In this document: positions 13,088 through 26,646 of the stretch, one piece after another
Numbering within the stretch: position 1 is the stretch's first letter
Layout of the letters: each line of letters opens with the position of its first letter
Assembly (NCBI GenBank): GCA_977017645.1
Contig: OZ360224.1
Location: forward strand, 13,826,001 to 13,890,000
Origin: Torpedo marmorata
Lineage: Eukaryota
Direction: 5' to 3'
DNA: 64,000 nt
Notes under the pieces: model-generated
What the model was told of the DNA's origin: nothing
The model's input: only the letters and a program-made list of their open reading frames with translations
The model's database searches: none
Program-made: the position numbers and the translations under genes

Positions 13088-14068
13088 GAAAACATAACAT
13101 ACACCCCTGAGATTCTTTTCCCTGCGGGCCAGGCAGAATTACCACTTATTGGCAGTGCAAAAAATAAACTGTACACATTGTACACATGTAAACAAATAAA
13201 CAAATGTAAACAAACTGACTGTGCAATACAGAGAGGAGAAAAAAACCAATAAAATGCACAAGTAAGAGTCCTTAAATGAGTCTCTGATTGAGTTTGTTGT
13301 TAAGGATTCTGATGGTGGAGGGGTACCAGCTGTTCCTGAACCTGGTGGTGGGAGTCTTGTGGCACCTATACCTTTTCCTGATGCTAGCAGCGAGAACAGA
13401 GCGTGTGCTGAGTCGTGTGGATCCTTGATGATTGCTGCTGCTCTCCGACAGCAGTGTTCCCAATAGATGTTCTCAATAATGGGGAGTGTTTTGCCTGTGA
13501 TGTCCTGGGCTGTGTCCACTACCTTTTGCAGGCCTTTACGCTCAGGGGTATTGGTGTCCGCATACCAGACCGTGATGCAGCTAGTCAGCACACTTTCCAC
13601 GACACATCTGTAGAAACTTGCCAGGGTTTCCGATGTCATTCCAAACCTCCGCAAACTTCTGAGGAAGTAGAGGCGCTGACGTGCTTTATTAACGATGCCA
13701 TTAGTGTGTTGGGTCCAGGAAAGATCCTCCAAGATAGTGACTCCCAAGAACTTAAATTTGCTCACCCTCTCCACCTCTGATCCCCCTATGATCACTGGAT
13801 CGTACACCTCTGGTTTTCCCTTCCTGAAGTCAACAATCAGCTCCTTGGTTTTGGTGACATTGAGTGTGAGGTTATTGTTGGTGCGACATTCGGCCAAGTT
13901 TTCAATCTCCCTCCTGTATGCTGACTCATCGCCCCTTTTTATTCAACCCACTACCGTGGAATCGTCAGCGAATTTGTAGATGGTGTTGTTGTCGTACCGA
14001 GCCACACAGTCATAGGTGTATAGTGAGTAGAGAAGGAGGCTAAGAACACAGTCCTCTGGTGCCACTGT
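13088..14068 (-). mobile_element. Rex1 LINE 3' portion
   Basis: YKFADDSTVVG, LNVTKTKELIVDFR, FKFLGV, KARQRLYFLR motifs (ORF 13139-13897). Confidence 0.88.
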
Positions 14069-14800
14069 CATCAATGATGGCATGACAGCGGAGAGGGTTA
14101 GTACCTTCAAATTTCTGGATGTCCACGTATCAGGTGACCTCTCCTGGAGCTAGCACATTGAAGCATCATAAAGAAGGCACACCAATGCCTCAACTTCTAA
14201 AACATATGAGGATTTTGGCATGTCATCAAATACTCTATCAAACTTCTTTAGGTGTACTGTGGGAATTATACTGACTGACTGCATCATGGCCTGGTTTGGA
14301 AACTCAAGTGCCCAGGAATGCAGAGGCTGCAGAAAGTGTCAAACCCAGCCAACTCCATCCCAGGCACCAATCTCCAGTTCATTGTAAACATCTGGGTGAG
14401 GAGCTGCCTCAAGAAGGTAGCCAACTTCAGAAAGGACACACATCACCCTGGTCATAACCTCTTCTCACTACTATCTTCAGGCAAAAGATACACAAACATG
14501 AAGCCTGGCACCTCTAGTTTCAAGAACAGCTTTTTCCAACAACTATCAGGCTCTTGAACCTCCCCGTACTACCCTAACCTTAACCTACTCCGGGACCACC
14601 CAAACATCTGTCTGCACTATTGAAACATAACCTATTTTTGCACTAACTACATCTGTGTATACTTCTTTATCTATCCTTTGATTTTTTTAGAATTTCAGCA
14701 CATTGTTGATAATTTAATTAATACTATTGTAGTTGGTGTATTTTACAGACTTGTATGGCTGCAGCAAGCATTTTGGTGCATCTGTACATTGTACTTATAG
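14069..14800 (+). mobile_element. Older Rex1 LINE 3' fragment
   Basis: Degenerate FKFL..LSW, LQKV, DTHHPGH, FKNSFF motifs and a Rex-type 3' UTR. Confidence 0.7.
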
Positions 14801-14821
14801 AAAGCACAATAGACTCTCAGA

Positions 14822-17705
14822 TCACAGTGGGAATCAGAATGAAAGTGTGGAGATTAGGGTAGATTTGAAGAAAGAGAGGAACCAGAATGTTAACGTTAAT
14901 GAAGGAGAGGGTAATCAAAGGAGTGTATGTGGGCGACATTCTCTCAAGTGTATATATTTCAATGCAAGGAGCATTGTAAGAAAGGTGGATGAGCTTAGAG
15001 TATGGATTGATACATGGAAATATGATATTGCAGCCATCAGTGAAACTTGGTTGCAGGAGGGGCATGATTGGCAGCTAAATATTCCAGGACTCTGTTGTTT
15101 TAGGCGTGATAGAACAGGGGGGATAAAAGGTGGAGGAGTCGCATTGCTTATTAGAGAAAGCATTACAGCGGTTCTATGGCAGGATAGATTGGAGGGCTCG
15201 TCCAGTGAGGCTATTTGGGTAGAATTGAGGAATGGGAAGGGCATGAAAACACTAATAGGTGTGTATTATAGACCACCTTATGGGCAGAGGGAATTAGAGG
15301 AGCAAATTTGTAAGAAGATAGAATATATGTGTAATAAACATAAGGTGGTGGTTATAGGAAATTTTAACTTTCCACACATTGACTGGGACGCCCATAATGT
15401 AAAAGGGCTGGATGGGTTGGAGTTTGTCAAATGTATTCAGGAAAGTTTTCTAAATTAATTCATAGAAGAACCGACTAGAGAGGGGCAGTATTGGATCTCC
15501 TATTTGGGAACGAGATTGGTCAGGTGACAGAGGTTTGTGTTGGGGAGCACTTTGGGTCCAGTGATCATAATACTATTAGTTTTAAAGGTTGATAATGGAG
15601 AAGGATAGGGCTGGGCCTAAGGTTGAGATTCTTGATTGGAATAAGGCAAATTTCGAGGAGATGAGAAAGGATTTAGAGAGTGTGGATTGGGATAATTTAT
15701 TTTCAGGGAAGGATGTAACAGATAAATGGAGGATAATCAAAGGGGAAATTTTGAGAGTACAGAGTCGGTACGGAGGAAGAGGGATGTGTACAAGTATAGA
15801 CAGCAGGGAATAGATGAGGTCCTTGAGGAATATAAGGAGTGTAAAAAAAATCTTAAGAAAGAAATTAGAAAGGCTAAAAGGAGATATGAGGCTGCTTTGG
15901 CAGGCAAGGTAAAAATAAATCCAAAGGGTTTCTACAGGTACATTAAAAGTAAAAGAATAGTGAGGGATAAAATTGGGCCCATTGAGGATCAGACAGGTAG
16001 GCTATGTGAGAAGTCAGAGGAGATGAGGGAAATTTTAAATGATTTTTTTTTCTTCAGTATTTACAAAGGAAAGGAATATTGAGCCAGGTGAAGTAAGCAA
16101 ATCTGGTAGTGAGATTATGGATAATGTAAAGATTAATGAGGTGGTAGTATTAGCTATTTTAAAGAGTATAAAGGTGGATAAATCTCCAAGTCCTGACAGG
16201 ATATTCCCGAGGACCCTGAGGGAGGTTAGTGTACAAATAGTGGGAGCTCTGACAGAAATATTTAAAATGTCACTGGCGATGGGGGAGGTGCCGGAGGATG
16301 TTGTCCCGCTGTTTAAAAAAGGCCTGTGAGTCTGACATCCGTGGTGGGTAAATTAATGGAGAGTGTTCTTAGAGTTGGTGTATACAGTTACTTGGAAAGA
16401 CAAGCATTGATTAGGAGTAGTCAACACGGTTTTGTACGTGATAGATCATGTTTAACAAATCTCATAGAGTTTTTCGATGATGTTACTAAGAAGGTTGATG
16501 AGGGGAAGGCTGTGGATGTTGTCTATATGGACTTTAGTAAGGCATTTGACAAGGTTCCGCACAAAAGGCTAGTTAGGAAGGTTCAAGCATTAGGTATTAA
16601 TGTCGAAGTAGTGAGATGGATTCCATAATGGTTGGATAGGAGATGCCAGAGAGTAGTGGTGGAAAATTGTTTGTCAAATTGGAGGCCGGTGACTAGTGGA
16701 GTGCCTCAGGGATCGGTACTGGGTCCATTGTTGTTTGTCATATATATTAATGATCTAGATGATAGGGTGGTAAATTGGATTAGTAAGTATGCAGATTGAT
16801 ATGAAGATTGTTTGTGTTGTGGACAGTGAAGAGGGTTATCAAAGCTTGCAGGGGGATATTGGACAGTTAGAAGAGTGAGCTGAAACATGGCAGATGGAAT
16901 TTAATACTGATAAATGTGAGGTGCTACATTTTGGTAGGATTAATCAGCAAAGGTCATACATGTTAAATGGAAGACAATTGAGGAGTGCAGTAGAACAGAG
17001 GGATTTAGGAATTCTGGTACATAATTCCCTGAAATTTGAGTCACACGTAGATAGGGTGGTGAAGAAAGCATTTGGTATGTTGGCCTTCATAAATCAGAGT
17101 ATTCAATACAGGAGTTGGGATGTCATGTTGAAGTTGTATAAGGTATTGGTGAGGCCAAATTTGGAATATTGTGTGCAGTTTTGGTCGCCGAATTATAGGA
17201 AGGATATAAACAGAATAGAGAGAGTACAGAGGAGATTTACAAGAATGTTGCCTGGGTTTCTGGGTTTGAGTTACAGGGAAAGGTTGAGCAGGCTGGGACT
17301 TTATTCCCTGGAGCATAGAAGGTTGAGGGGTGATTTGATAGATGTATTTAAAATTATGAAGGGGACAGATAGAGTCAACGGGGACAGGCTTTTTCCATTG
17401 AGAGTGGAGAAGATTCAAACAAGAGGGCATGGATTGAGATTGAAGGGGGAAAAGTTTAGAGGAAACATGAGGGGGAATTTCTTCACTCAGAGGGTGGTGA
17501 GAGTGTGGAACGAGCTTCCGGCCGAAGTGGTAGATGCAGGTTCAATTTTAATGTTTAAGGAAAAGTTGGATAGGTATATGGAAGAGAGAGGTGTGGAGGG
17601 TTATGGGCCGTGTGCGGGTCAGTGGGACTAGGTGGGAGAATGTGTTTGGCATGGACTAGAAGGGCCGAACTGGCCTGTTTCTGTGCTGTAATTGTTATAT
17701 GGTTA
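14822..17705 (+). mobile_element. CR1 LINE (ORF2 + 3' UTR), 5'-truncated and disrupted
   Basis: APE (14733-15458), RT (16326-16800) and C-terminus (16894-17631); (TTATATGG)n tail. Confidence 0.93.
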
Positions 17706-17934
17706 TAATTCATATTTCAGAATAAATCATACCCTGCTAAAGGGAAAGTTGACAAGAATTGTTTTTTGACCAGTTGTCACCTTTTGACAATAAAACTGGT
17801 GCTGAGCTTCACTCACATCGGATTCATTAAGTAGAATCAATGAAGCTCAGATTATGATTCTAAGTTTAAATCATTTGGAGCAATATCACTTACAGTAAGC
17901 TTAAATGCAAATTAAATTGGATTTGTTCTGAAAG

Positions 17935-18560
17935 GGTGGTGCCAAAAGCCCATTGGCCTTCATCAGTCAGAGTACTGAATATTGAAGTTGGGAGGTAATG
18001 TTACAGTTGTGTAAGATGTTGGTGAGGCCACTTTTGGAGTATTGTGTTCAGATTTAGTCACTGTGGTGCAGGAAGGATGTTGTCAAGCTGGAGAAGGTGT
18101 AGGAAAGATTTATGAGGATGTTGCCAGAACTCGGGATCCTGAGCTATAACGAGAGGGTTGGCGGGCTCGAGCTATATTTCTTGTGCAGGATATGGAGGGG
18201 TGATCTCGTAGAGATATATAAAATCAGAGAGGACGAGATAGGGTGAATGCAGCGAGTCTTTTGCGCTGAGTAGGAGAATCAGTAACTAAAGGACATTTTG
18301 GCTTAAAAGGTAAGGGAGAGGGGGCGGGGGAGATTTAACAGAAACATGAGGTTACTTTTTACACAGAATGTGGTGGGTGTGTGGAATGGGCTGCTGGAGG
18401 AGGTAGTTGAGGCAGGTACTATTGCAACATATAAGAAAGACTTGGAAAGATGTTAAGTTTTGAACCATATTGGGTAAATGCAGGCAGGTGGGATGTGTGG
18501 GTGGATCATTTAGGTCATTGTGGGCAAGGTTGGGCCTGTTTCCATGCTATATGACTCTAT
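17935..18560 (+). mobile_element. Older CR1 3' fragment
   Basis: Degenerate homologue of 17065-17700. Confidence 0.75.
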
Positions 18561-18847
18561 TCAGTTTATGTTTATTCGTCACAAAATTCTTACTACAGTG
18601 AGAGTGTTCTTTAGTGAAATAAAAGTGTCACTGACAGGACCAAGATATTTTGCCGATCCTTAAATGTTACTGAGCCACCCATTCACAACTGAGCGTTTCA
18701 GTGGGATGTTTCAGTTGGAGGTGACTCACGAGTAAACTGTATAAATAAAGCAGGTTCCTTCCCTGGAGGGCACCAGCAAACTGAATAGGTTTTAAAACAA
18801 TCTGGCAGTTTCATTTAAATAGATAAAATTGCTGTTTTCTTTTAATA

Positions 18848-19423
18848 CAGGTATGCGCTGCTTAACATCCGTTCAGGCATCATCCGACCGCATATACGTC
18901 TGTCGTCCATGGTCCCATAAGGTTATAATAGAGTTCAGAAATCCCGATTGGAGAACGGAACGTAGCGGACGTAACTGGACGTACGCTTTTCACTGATAGA
19001 GAGGAATGCTCATGCAGTGTTTGCTGCCTTTAAAGAAATTTATGAAGAAAAGAAAAAGCAAACTAGGCAACAACACTGGACATATTCCCGATGAAGCCAA
19101 CACCTCCCCAAGTTTCTCCAGCATTTGTGTTTTTTACTTCAACCACGGTGTCTACACATTTTCGTGTTTTACCTCAGCCAGGTCCTTCAGGCATTACAAG
19201 GTAACAGTTCACCAATGGAGGTTATTTGACCTGAAACTCTTCCAGTGGAAAACTATGAGAAAGTTGAGAACAGTGATATGGATGATCCTGATCCTCTTTG
19301 TTAAATTGTGTGTGATATAGGCTAAGCTTTGCTAAGTATATAATATGTTGTTCGCACAACGTCCACATCGCATAACGCCCAATTTTACAGAACGTATCGT
19401 GGACGTTAAGCGGCGCAAACCTG
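18848..19423 (+). mobile_element. Tc1/mariner (pogo/Tigger3-like) internally deleted DNA transposon
   Basis: About 23-bp TIRs CAGGT(A/T)TGCGC(T/C)GCTTAAC(A/G)TCC; TA TSD; residual transposase C-terminus (FKEIYEEKKKQTRQ). Confidence 0.85.
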
Positions 19424-19431
19424 TAATCCAA

Positions 19432-20150
19432 TTCAGATTCAGAATCAGAATCAGAATTTATTGTCATGAACAAGTCATGAAATTCGGTGTTTTGCGGCAG
19501 CATCATACTGCAATTAACATTCATATTAACCATCTAACGACATTACTATAAAAAATTATAAACAATAGTGCACGAAAAGTAAGGCAGTGTCTTTGGTTCA
19601 TTGATTATTCAGGAATCTGATGGCAGCGGGGAAGAAGCTGTCCTTGTGCCGTTGAGTGCTCGTCTTTAGGCTCCTGTACCTTTTTCCCGATGGAAGCAGA
19701 GTGTGGTAAACCACTGTTATGTGTATTGTGGGCTGAGGATAGGTCTGGGCATGTTCTGCTGTCTGTCCCGGTTGCTCCTCCCCTTCCTACCCCGAATAAA
19801 GGCCCTTGTACCACTGCTCCACCCTCAGTCCGGGATAGATCAGCAGGTCAACTGCCGTGCTCTGTTATAGCTAATAAAAGCCTACTGTTCCTGCACTACT
19901 TCTCGCCTCTCTGGAATCATTGATAGGCCTATCACAGAGTGAAGAGGGCATGGCCTGGGTGGTGGGGGTCCTTGAGGATAGAGGCTGCTTTTTTAAGACA
20001 CTGCCTCATGAAGATATCCTCGATGGAGTGAAGTTTGGTGCCTGTGATGTCACAGGCCGAGTTAACAACCTTCTGGAGTTTACTCTTGTCCTGGGAGTTG
20101 GCGCCTCCATACCAGTCAGTGATGCAACCAGCCAGAATGCTCTCCACGTT
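19432..20150 (-). mobile_element. Rex1 3' fragment interrupted by a solo LTR
   Basis: Reverse complement of the 9271-9691 family; (TTCTGA)n tail at about 19432-19456. Confidence 0.88.
19702..19934 (+). mobile_element. Short solo LTR (233 bp)
   Basis: TG...CA termini; 5-bp TSD CAGAG; internal AATAAA; homologous to 28232-28485. Confidence 0.88.
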
Positions 20151-20309
20151 ACAATTTAAACTCCCACTGGAATAAATTTCAAAGGTGGAGCACAATGTAG
20201 TCATATGACTAGGCAGCATGGTTAACACCAGCAACCTCGAATATATTTCTAGGCAAACATGTGTTTTCAAGTTGCACAATGGGGATGATGGGCCAGACAT
20301 TATGTTACG

Positions 20310-20680
20310 AAAAGCAAAGTATACAAGAGAGATGGAGGGACTTGTGGCTTGGTGCCAGGAGAACAACTTCTCTCTCAGTGTCAGCAAGATGAAAGAGCTA
20401 GTGATTGATATACAGAGGAGGAACAAAGCTCACTCCCTGGTCCGCATCAACAGTGCTCAGCTGGACATAATTGACAGCTTTAAGTTCCTGGGTAAATATC
20501 CCCAGCGACTTATCCTGGTCCACCATCATCGATGCAATGACCAAAAAAGCACATGAGCACCTCTCCTTCCTCAGAAGCCTGAGCAAATTTGTCAGCAGAC
20601 TTCTGCAGGTGCACCGCTGAAAGCATCCTATCAGGGTGCCTCACCGTGGGAACTGCTCCGCTCAAGACCGCGAGAAGCTG
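20310..20680 (+). mobile_element. Old Rex1 fragment
   Basis: LVAWCQENNFSLSVSKMKELVID..FKFLG motif. Confidence 0.7.
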
Positions 20681-20702
20681 CTTAAACATTTCACCTTTCA
20701 CC

Positions 20703-21598
20703 TGTTACAGGCTTATGTTATTCTTATTGGGGGTTTGGACCAGGGAAAGACACAGATAATAACATTCTGGAGAAAGCCTGTCTGTAAGTTCAGAGCTGTA
20801 AACAACTTGCTTATTGTTCAATTGAAATGCTGAAACAATGGAATGTTTACTCAGAAAGACATCTGTTTAAACAGAAGAAGACCATCTGTTTGTGACTCGT
20901 GCTTTTGGAGAAATGGAACTGAACCATGTATTGCTCAAACTAGTCATGTGATTAAAGACACTTGGGGGAAAAAACAGGATTTTAGTATTCAACCAGAGTC
21001 ACCTGGAAACAGAATTAAAGTGACATCGGGAGGAGATGGTCACTCCTTCTATTTCTCTTTGTCAAGAGAGAGCAGTAATACTGTGGCCATTGTAATGGTC
21101 ACTTCTGACTGACCCATATCTGGGTAAAGAAAGCAAGATCATTCTTGCATCTGGATCATGATCATTTTGATGGTTACTTTGTCTGACCCTTGCCTAGGTC
21201 TTTGAAAGCATCATGGAAGTCACAAGTTCCATAACCTCTATGCAAGAAAGAGGGGAATTGTAACAAATCATTCGTATGAAGAAAACATTTCTCTGAAAGC
21301 AACTCGACAAAGAACTTGTGAGATTTGAGAAGTCTGATGACTCGGTGCCTCACTTACTCCATAATTACTTTTGAACATCAGTTTAAAGATTCTGAGTTTC
21401 AACATAAGATTTCTAAGACTGAACTTTGAATTTGATTTTTCAGAACTGTGCATAAGCTGTAATGGTTTGGGTGATCCACACACACACATATATATACATT
21501 TGCGCATAATTGGGGTTAAGTTTAGAGTTAAGTAAGATATTTTATTATTAAGATATTGTCTTGGTGAATTTCTATTGCTGCTGGTCTATGACGTAACA
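20703..21598 (+). mobile_element. Solo LTR (896 bp, Gypsy-type) inserted in a CR1 3' fragment (about 20680-21775, minus strand)
   Basis: TGTTAC...GTAACA termini; 4-bp TSD CACC; the flanks rejoin into CR1 sequence homologous to positions 124-320. Confidence 0.85.
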
Positions 21599-22151
21599 CA
21601 CCCTTAACCCATGTTCTCTACTTCATGTTTCACCCAATCTCTGTGGAAAAAATGGGTTTGCAGATCCTTCATACATTTGTACACCTCTATCAAATCTCCT
21701 CTCATTCTCTGACGCTCCAGGGAATAAAGTCCTAAACTATTCAATCTTTCCCGATAACTAGCTCTTCAAGTCCCCTTTAATACCATGCAATTTAATTTTA
21801 CACAGAAGTCTTTTATGTATGGGACTTTATCTAAAGATATGTATCCCACTGATGTAAATTAAGACAGAAGTAAAGGCTATTGAACTGACTAACTGATTCA
21901 GATTTCAGATTTAGATTTAGATTTATTGTCAGAGTGCAGACATGACATCACATACAACCCTGAGATTCTTTTTCATGGGGGCGAGGCAGAATTACCACTT
22001 ATTGAAAGTGCAAAAAAATCTGTACATAATGATAACATGTAAACAAAAAAAAATGTAAACAAACTGTGCAATACAGAGAGGAAAATATCAATAAAATGAA
22101 AAAGTAAGAGTCCTTAAATGAGTCCCTGATTGAGTTTGTTGTTGAAGAGTC

Positions 22152-25100
22152 AGAATCAGAATCAGAATTTATTGTCGTGAACAAGTCATGAAATTCGGTG
22201 TTTTGCGGCAGCATCATAGTGCAAACATTCATATTATAACCATCTTATAACATTACTATAAAAAAATATAAATAATAGTGCACGAAAAGTAAGGCAGTGC
22301 CTTTGGTTCAGCTCTGCAGCTCTGACGGGAATAATCAAATATTCCCATTCAGAACTTCTAAAAATCTAACAAAAAACGAGAAACATAAAATCAAACTTAC
22401 CCGACAACGTGGATGTACAAAGATCGCTGGCAGACCTAGGAATCGGCAAAATCAGCAGTCTCCGTCGGGCCACGGGACCTTTAAACAACTCACGCAAGTA
22501 CAACAACAACACCGCAGGAGTTTTAAACAGCCAGAGAATGGGCCATTTAAACTTCGCGGGAGTCGCAAACAGCAGGCGCTCAGCACACTTACAAATCGCG
22601 CAGGATTTAAAGGGACAGCGCACAGACCGTTTAAACACTGCGGGACCTACCGGCAGTGGACCCACGGGCCAGGTAAAGAGGTCACGACCACGTGGACGCA
22701 GAGGGGGGCTACAAGTCAAGCTAAGACGTGGGGACCTGAAGCTTCCGCTCCCTACCATCCTCCTGGCCAACGTACAATCCTTGGAGAACAAACTTGATGA
22801 ACTCCAAGCCAGACTTCAACATCAGAGAGTCATCAGGGAGTGCTGCGTGATGTGCTTTACAGAAACGTGGCTAAACGAGGACATTCCGGACACGGCGCTA
22901 CAGCCCAAGGGCTACACCCTCCATCGCGCTGACCGAACACCGGCGTCTGGAAAAACCAGGGGAGGCGGCGTTTGTGTCATCATCAATTCATCGTGGTGCA
23001 CAGACGTGACAGTCATGTCCCAGTCCTGCTTCCCCGACCTGGAACATCTGGCGATCAAGTGTCGCCCATTCTACCTGCCGAGGGAGTTCACCGCCATCAC
23101 CCTGGTCGCAGTGTACATTCCGCCCCAGGCTAACGTCAGGCTGGCACTGGAGGGACTGAGCACTGTGATAAACAGCCATGAGACAGCACATCCTGATGCC
23201 TTCCCGATCATTGTGGGAGACTTCAATCAGGCCAATCTGAAGAAGTCACTGACAAACTACCACCAACACATCACTTGCGAGACCAGGTGAACCAACACAC
23301 TCGACCACTGCTACACCACTGTGAAGAACGCATACCGAGCCATACCACGACCACACTTCGGCAAGTCTGATCACCTGGCTGTACTTCTACTCCCGGCGTA
23401 CAAGCAGAGACTGAAGACCACAGCACCAGTGGTGAGGACGGCGAAAGTATGGTCGAGGGAGGCGGAGGAGCGTCTGCAGGACTGCTTTGAATCGATGGAC
23501 TGGAACATATTCAAGCACTCAGCCATAGACCTAAATGAATATGCAACAGGTGTCACCGACTTCATCAAGACCTACGTGGATGAGTGTGTGCCCATGCGCA
23601 AATACCGGTTGTTCCCCAACCAGAAGCCCTGGATGAATCAGAGAATTCGCAATCTGCTGAGGACGAGAACAAGGGCGTTTAAGGCCAAGAACCGGGATCT
23701 TTACAAAAAGTCCAGGCACGACCTGCGGAAGGTCATCTCTGAAGCAAAGAGGCAATTCCGGAAGAAGCTAGAGACAGAGGCAGATACACGCCAGCTATAG
23801 CAGGGAGTGCAGGCCATTACAGCCTACAAAGTGAGGGCGAACACTATAGACGGCTGCGATGCTTCACTACCCGATGAGCTAAACACCTTCTATGCCCGCT
23901 TTGAGAAGAAGATTAAAACAGTGCCTACTAGAATCCCTGAAAAGGCTGAGGACCCTGTGATATCTGTCTCTGAGGGCGACGTCAGAACATTATTCAAGAG
24001 GGTGAACCCTCGCAAGGCGTCAGGCTCTGACGGCGTACCTAGCAGGGTATTGAAAATCTTCGCCAACCAACTAGCCGGAGTGTTTACTGACATTTTCAAC
24101 CTCTCATTGTGGAAGTCAGAGGTTCCCACCTGCTTCAAAAGGGCATCAATCATCCCGGTACCCAAGAAGAGTAGTGTGGGCTGCCTCAACGACTACTGCC
24201 CAGTAGCACTAACTTCTACTGTGATGAAATGCTTTGAGAGGCTGGTCATGGCCAGAATTAACACATACCTAAGCAAAGATCTGGACCCACTGCAATTCGC
24301 CTATCGCCACAATCGCTCCACAGCAGATGCAATATCGCTGGCTCTCCACTCAGCTCTGGATCACCTCGAAAACAGCAATTCATACATACGGCTGCTCTTC
24401 ATCGACTACAGCTCGGCCTTCAATACCATTATTCCCTCAGTGCTGGTCAAGAAGCTACAAACTCTAGGCCTCTGTACCCCCCTCTGCAACTGGATCCTTG
24501 ACTTTCTCATCGGAAGACCACAGTCAGTACGAATTGGAAACAACGTCTCCTCCTCACTGATTATCAACACAGGCGCACCCCAAGGATGCGTGCTTAGTCC
24601 ACTGTTCTACTCATTATACACCCATGACTGTGTGGCCAGGCACAATTCCAATGCCATCTACAAGTTTGCAGATGACACCACAGTTGTTGGCAGAATCACA
24701 AACGGCAATGAGGAAGCGTACAGGAGGGAGATAGATCAGCTCGTTGAATGGTGTAATGGCAACAACCTTGAGCTCAATGTCAGCAAAACCTGGTATGGAG
24801 GCGCCAACTCCCAGGACAAGAGTAAACTCCAGAGGGTTGTTAACTCGGCCTGTGACCAGGCAGTGATGCAACCAGCCAGAATGCTCTCCACGGTACACCT
24901 GTAGAAGTTTATGAGAATCTTCGGTGACATACCGAATCTCCTCAGACACCTCACAAGGTATAGCCGCTTGTGAACCTTCTTTGTGATTGCATCAACGTGG
25001 AGGCTCCAGGACAGATCCTTGGAGATGTTGACACCCAGGAATTTGAAGTTCTTGACCCTCTCCACTACTGAGCCCTCGATGAGGACTGGTTCGTGTTCCC

Positions 25101-25459
25101 CAGACTTCCTCCTGAAGTCCACAATCATCTCCTTGGTTTTGCTGACGTTGAGCTCAAGGTTGTTGTCGTTACACCATTCAACGAGCTGATCTATCTCCCT
25201 CCTGTACGCTTCCTCATTGCCGTTTGTGATTCTGCCGACAACTGTGGTGTCATCGGCAAACTTGTAGGTGGCATTGGAATTGTGCCTGGCCACACAGTCA
25301 TGGGTGTATAACGAGTAGAGCAGTGGACTAAGCACGCATCGTTGGGGTGCACCTGTGTTGATAATCAGTGAGGAGGAGACGTTGTTTCCAATTCGTACTG
25401 ACTGTGGTCTTCCGATGAGAAAGTCAAGGATCCAGTTGCAGAGGGGGGTACAGAGGCCT
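22152..25459. mobile_element. Rearranged near-full-length Rex1 LINE with an inversion and an inverted duplication
   Basis: Minus-strand tail 22152-22310; plus-strand body 22311-24855; minus-strand RT segment 24856-25459. Confidence 0.85.
22409..24790 (+). pseudogene. Rex1 APE endonuclease + reverse transcriptase ORF (single frame, two stops)
   Basis: ORFs 22409-23290, 23321-23800 and 23807+ are in the same frame; [29 protein letters not shown] motifs. Confidence 0.92.
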
Positions 25460-25709
25460 AGAGTCTCATGGTGGAGGGTTAGCAGCTGTTCCTCAATGTG
25501 GTGGTGTGAGTCTTGTGGCACCTATACCTCTTTCGTGATGATAGCAGGGTGGTGTAGATCCTTGGTGATTGCTACTGCTCTCCTACGGAAACAATTTTTG
25601 TGTGTGGATAAACAGGATCAATGGGTCCCAGGAGCAAGGAGTTTGAACACAGGCTAGTTAAACAGTAATCTTTATTTACACACGTGGGGGAGTTGCAACA
25701 GGGATAAAA

Positions 25710-25754
<45 letters not shown>

Positions 25755-25867
25755 TGAAATGTATGACACACTCGCACCTAATCACGGATAGATAACTTTA
25801 TAATAAGGTAATATTATACGATACCTACCACTCCTTGATACAGTGCAGGCACAGCTCTTAACTGAGT

Positions 25868-26096
25868 GCGGCATGGTTGGTGTAGCTGTTAGCGCAACGC
25901 CTTTACAGTTCCAGCGATCGAGACCGGGGTTTGCCCGCTGTCTGTAAGGAGTTTGTACGTTCTCCCCGTTTCTGCGTGGGTTTTCCCCGGGGGCCCTGGT
26001 TTACTCCCACCGTTACAAATGTACCGGGGGTGTAGGTCAATTGGGTATAAATTGGGCGGCATGGACTCGTGGGGCGAAATGGCCCGTTACTGTGCT
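25868..26096 (+). mobile_element. tRNA-derived V-SINE (HE1-like)
   Basis: tRNA-like head (TGGTGTAGCTGTTAGCG); V-domain GTCTGTAAGGAGTTTGTACGTTCTCCCCGT..GCGTGGGTTT; tail GGCATGGACTCG..GGCGAA..GGCC..TGTGCT matching the local CR1 3' UTR. Confidence 0.85.
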
Positions 26097-26108
26097 TTCT
26101 AGACACAC

Positions 26109-26646
26109 TGTAGTGTCTTCAATCCAACAAATAGTCACTTGGAGGCCAGGTAAGATATCTGTTTTTGACACGTTTCAATTAATTTACTAACAAGTCCAAT
26201 AGGTTCAAAAACTCTATTAACACACGATGACATAGCAATCTTCAATGACTTAAATATCTTCTTTAATGAAATATAAACAATCCTTGATAACTTTCTTTAA
26301 TAACGATTCTTAATAGCGATTCTTTAGAACGTTCCTTTATAACGATTCTTTATAATACTCCTTTAAAACGGTCAATGAAAACTATGATGATCTCACTCAC
26401 CCTACACTGTTGCCATGTTTTTTATATATACTTCTTTCCCGATTTGCGTGCATGCTCCACTGCGTATACTCCACTGCGCATGCTCCAGCCACCTCCCCAC
26501 TGCGCATGCGCCCGTCGGCACTCCCGCGCATGTGCAGAGTACTCAATAGGCCTGGCACGGCCTACCAAATCCGCGACTCCTCCAACACCCGCTGGGACCA
26601 TCGGAACGCCGCAGTAAATGTAGGAACCGGGCCTTTGGCTCTTACA
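26109..26646 (-). mobile_element. Solo LTR of the BEL family at 29516-35440 (diverged subfamily)
   Basis: Reverse complement TGTAAGAGCC...CACTACA; 5-bp TSD CACAC. Confidence 0.9.

Larger units (their letters stand above)
21895..25590 (-). mobile_element. Rex1 3' fragment (21895-22151 + 25460-25590) hosting a younger rearranged Rex1
   Basis: The flanks rejoin into sequence homologous to 13100-13450; duplicated AGAGTC at 22146-22151 and 25460-25465. Confidence 0.75.
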
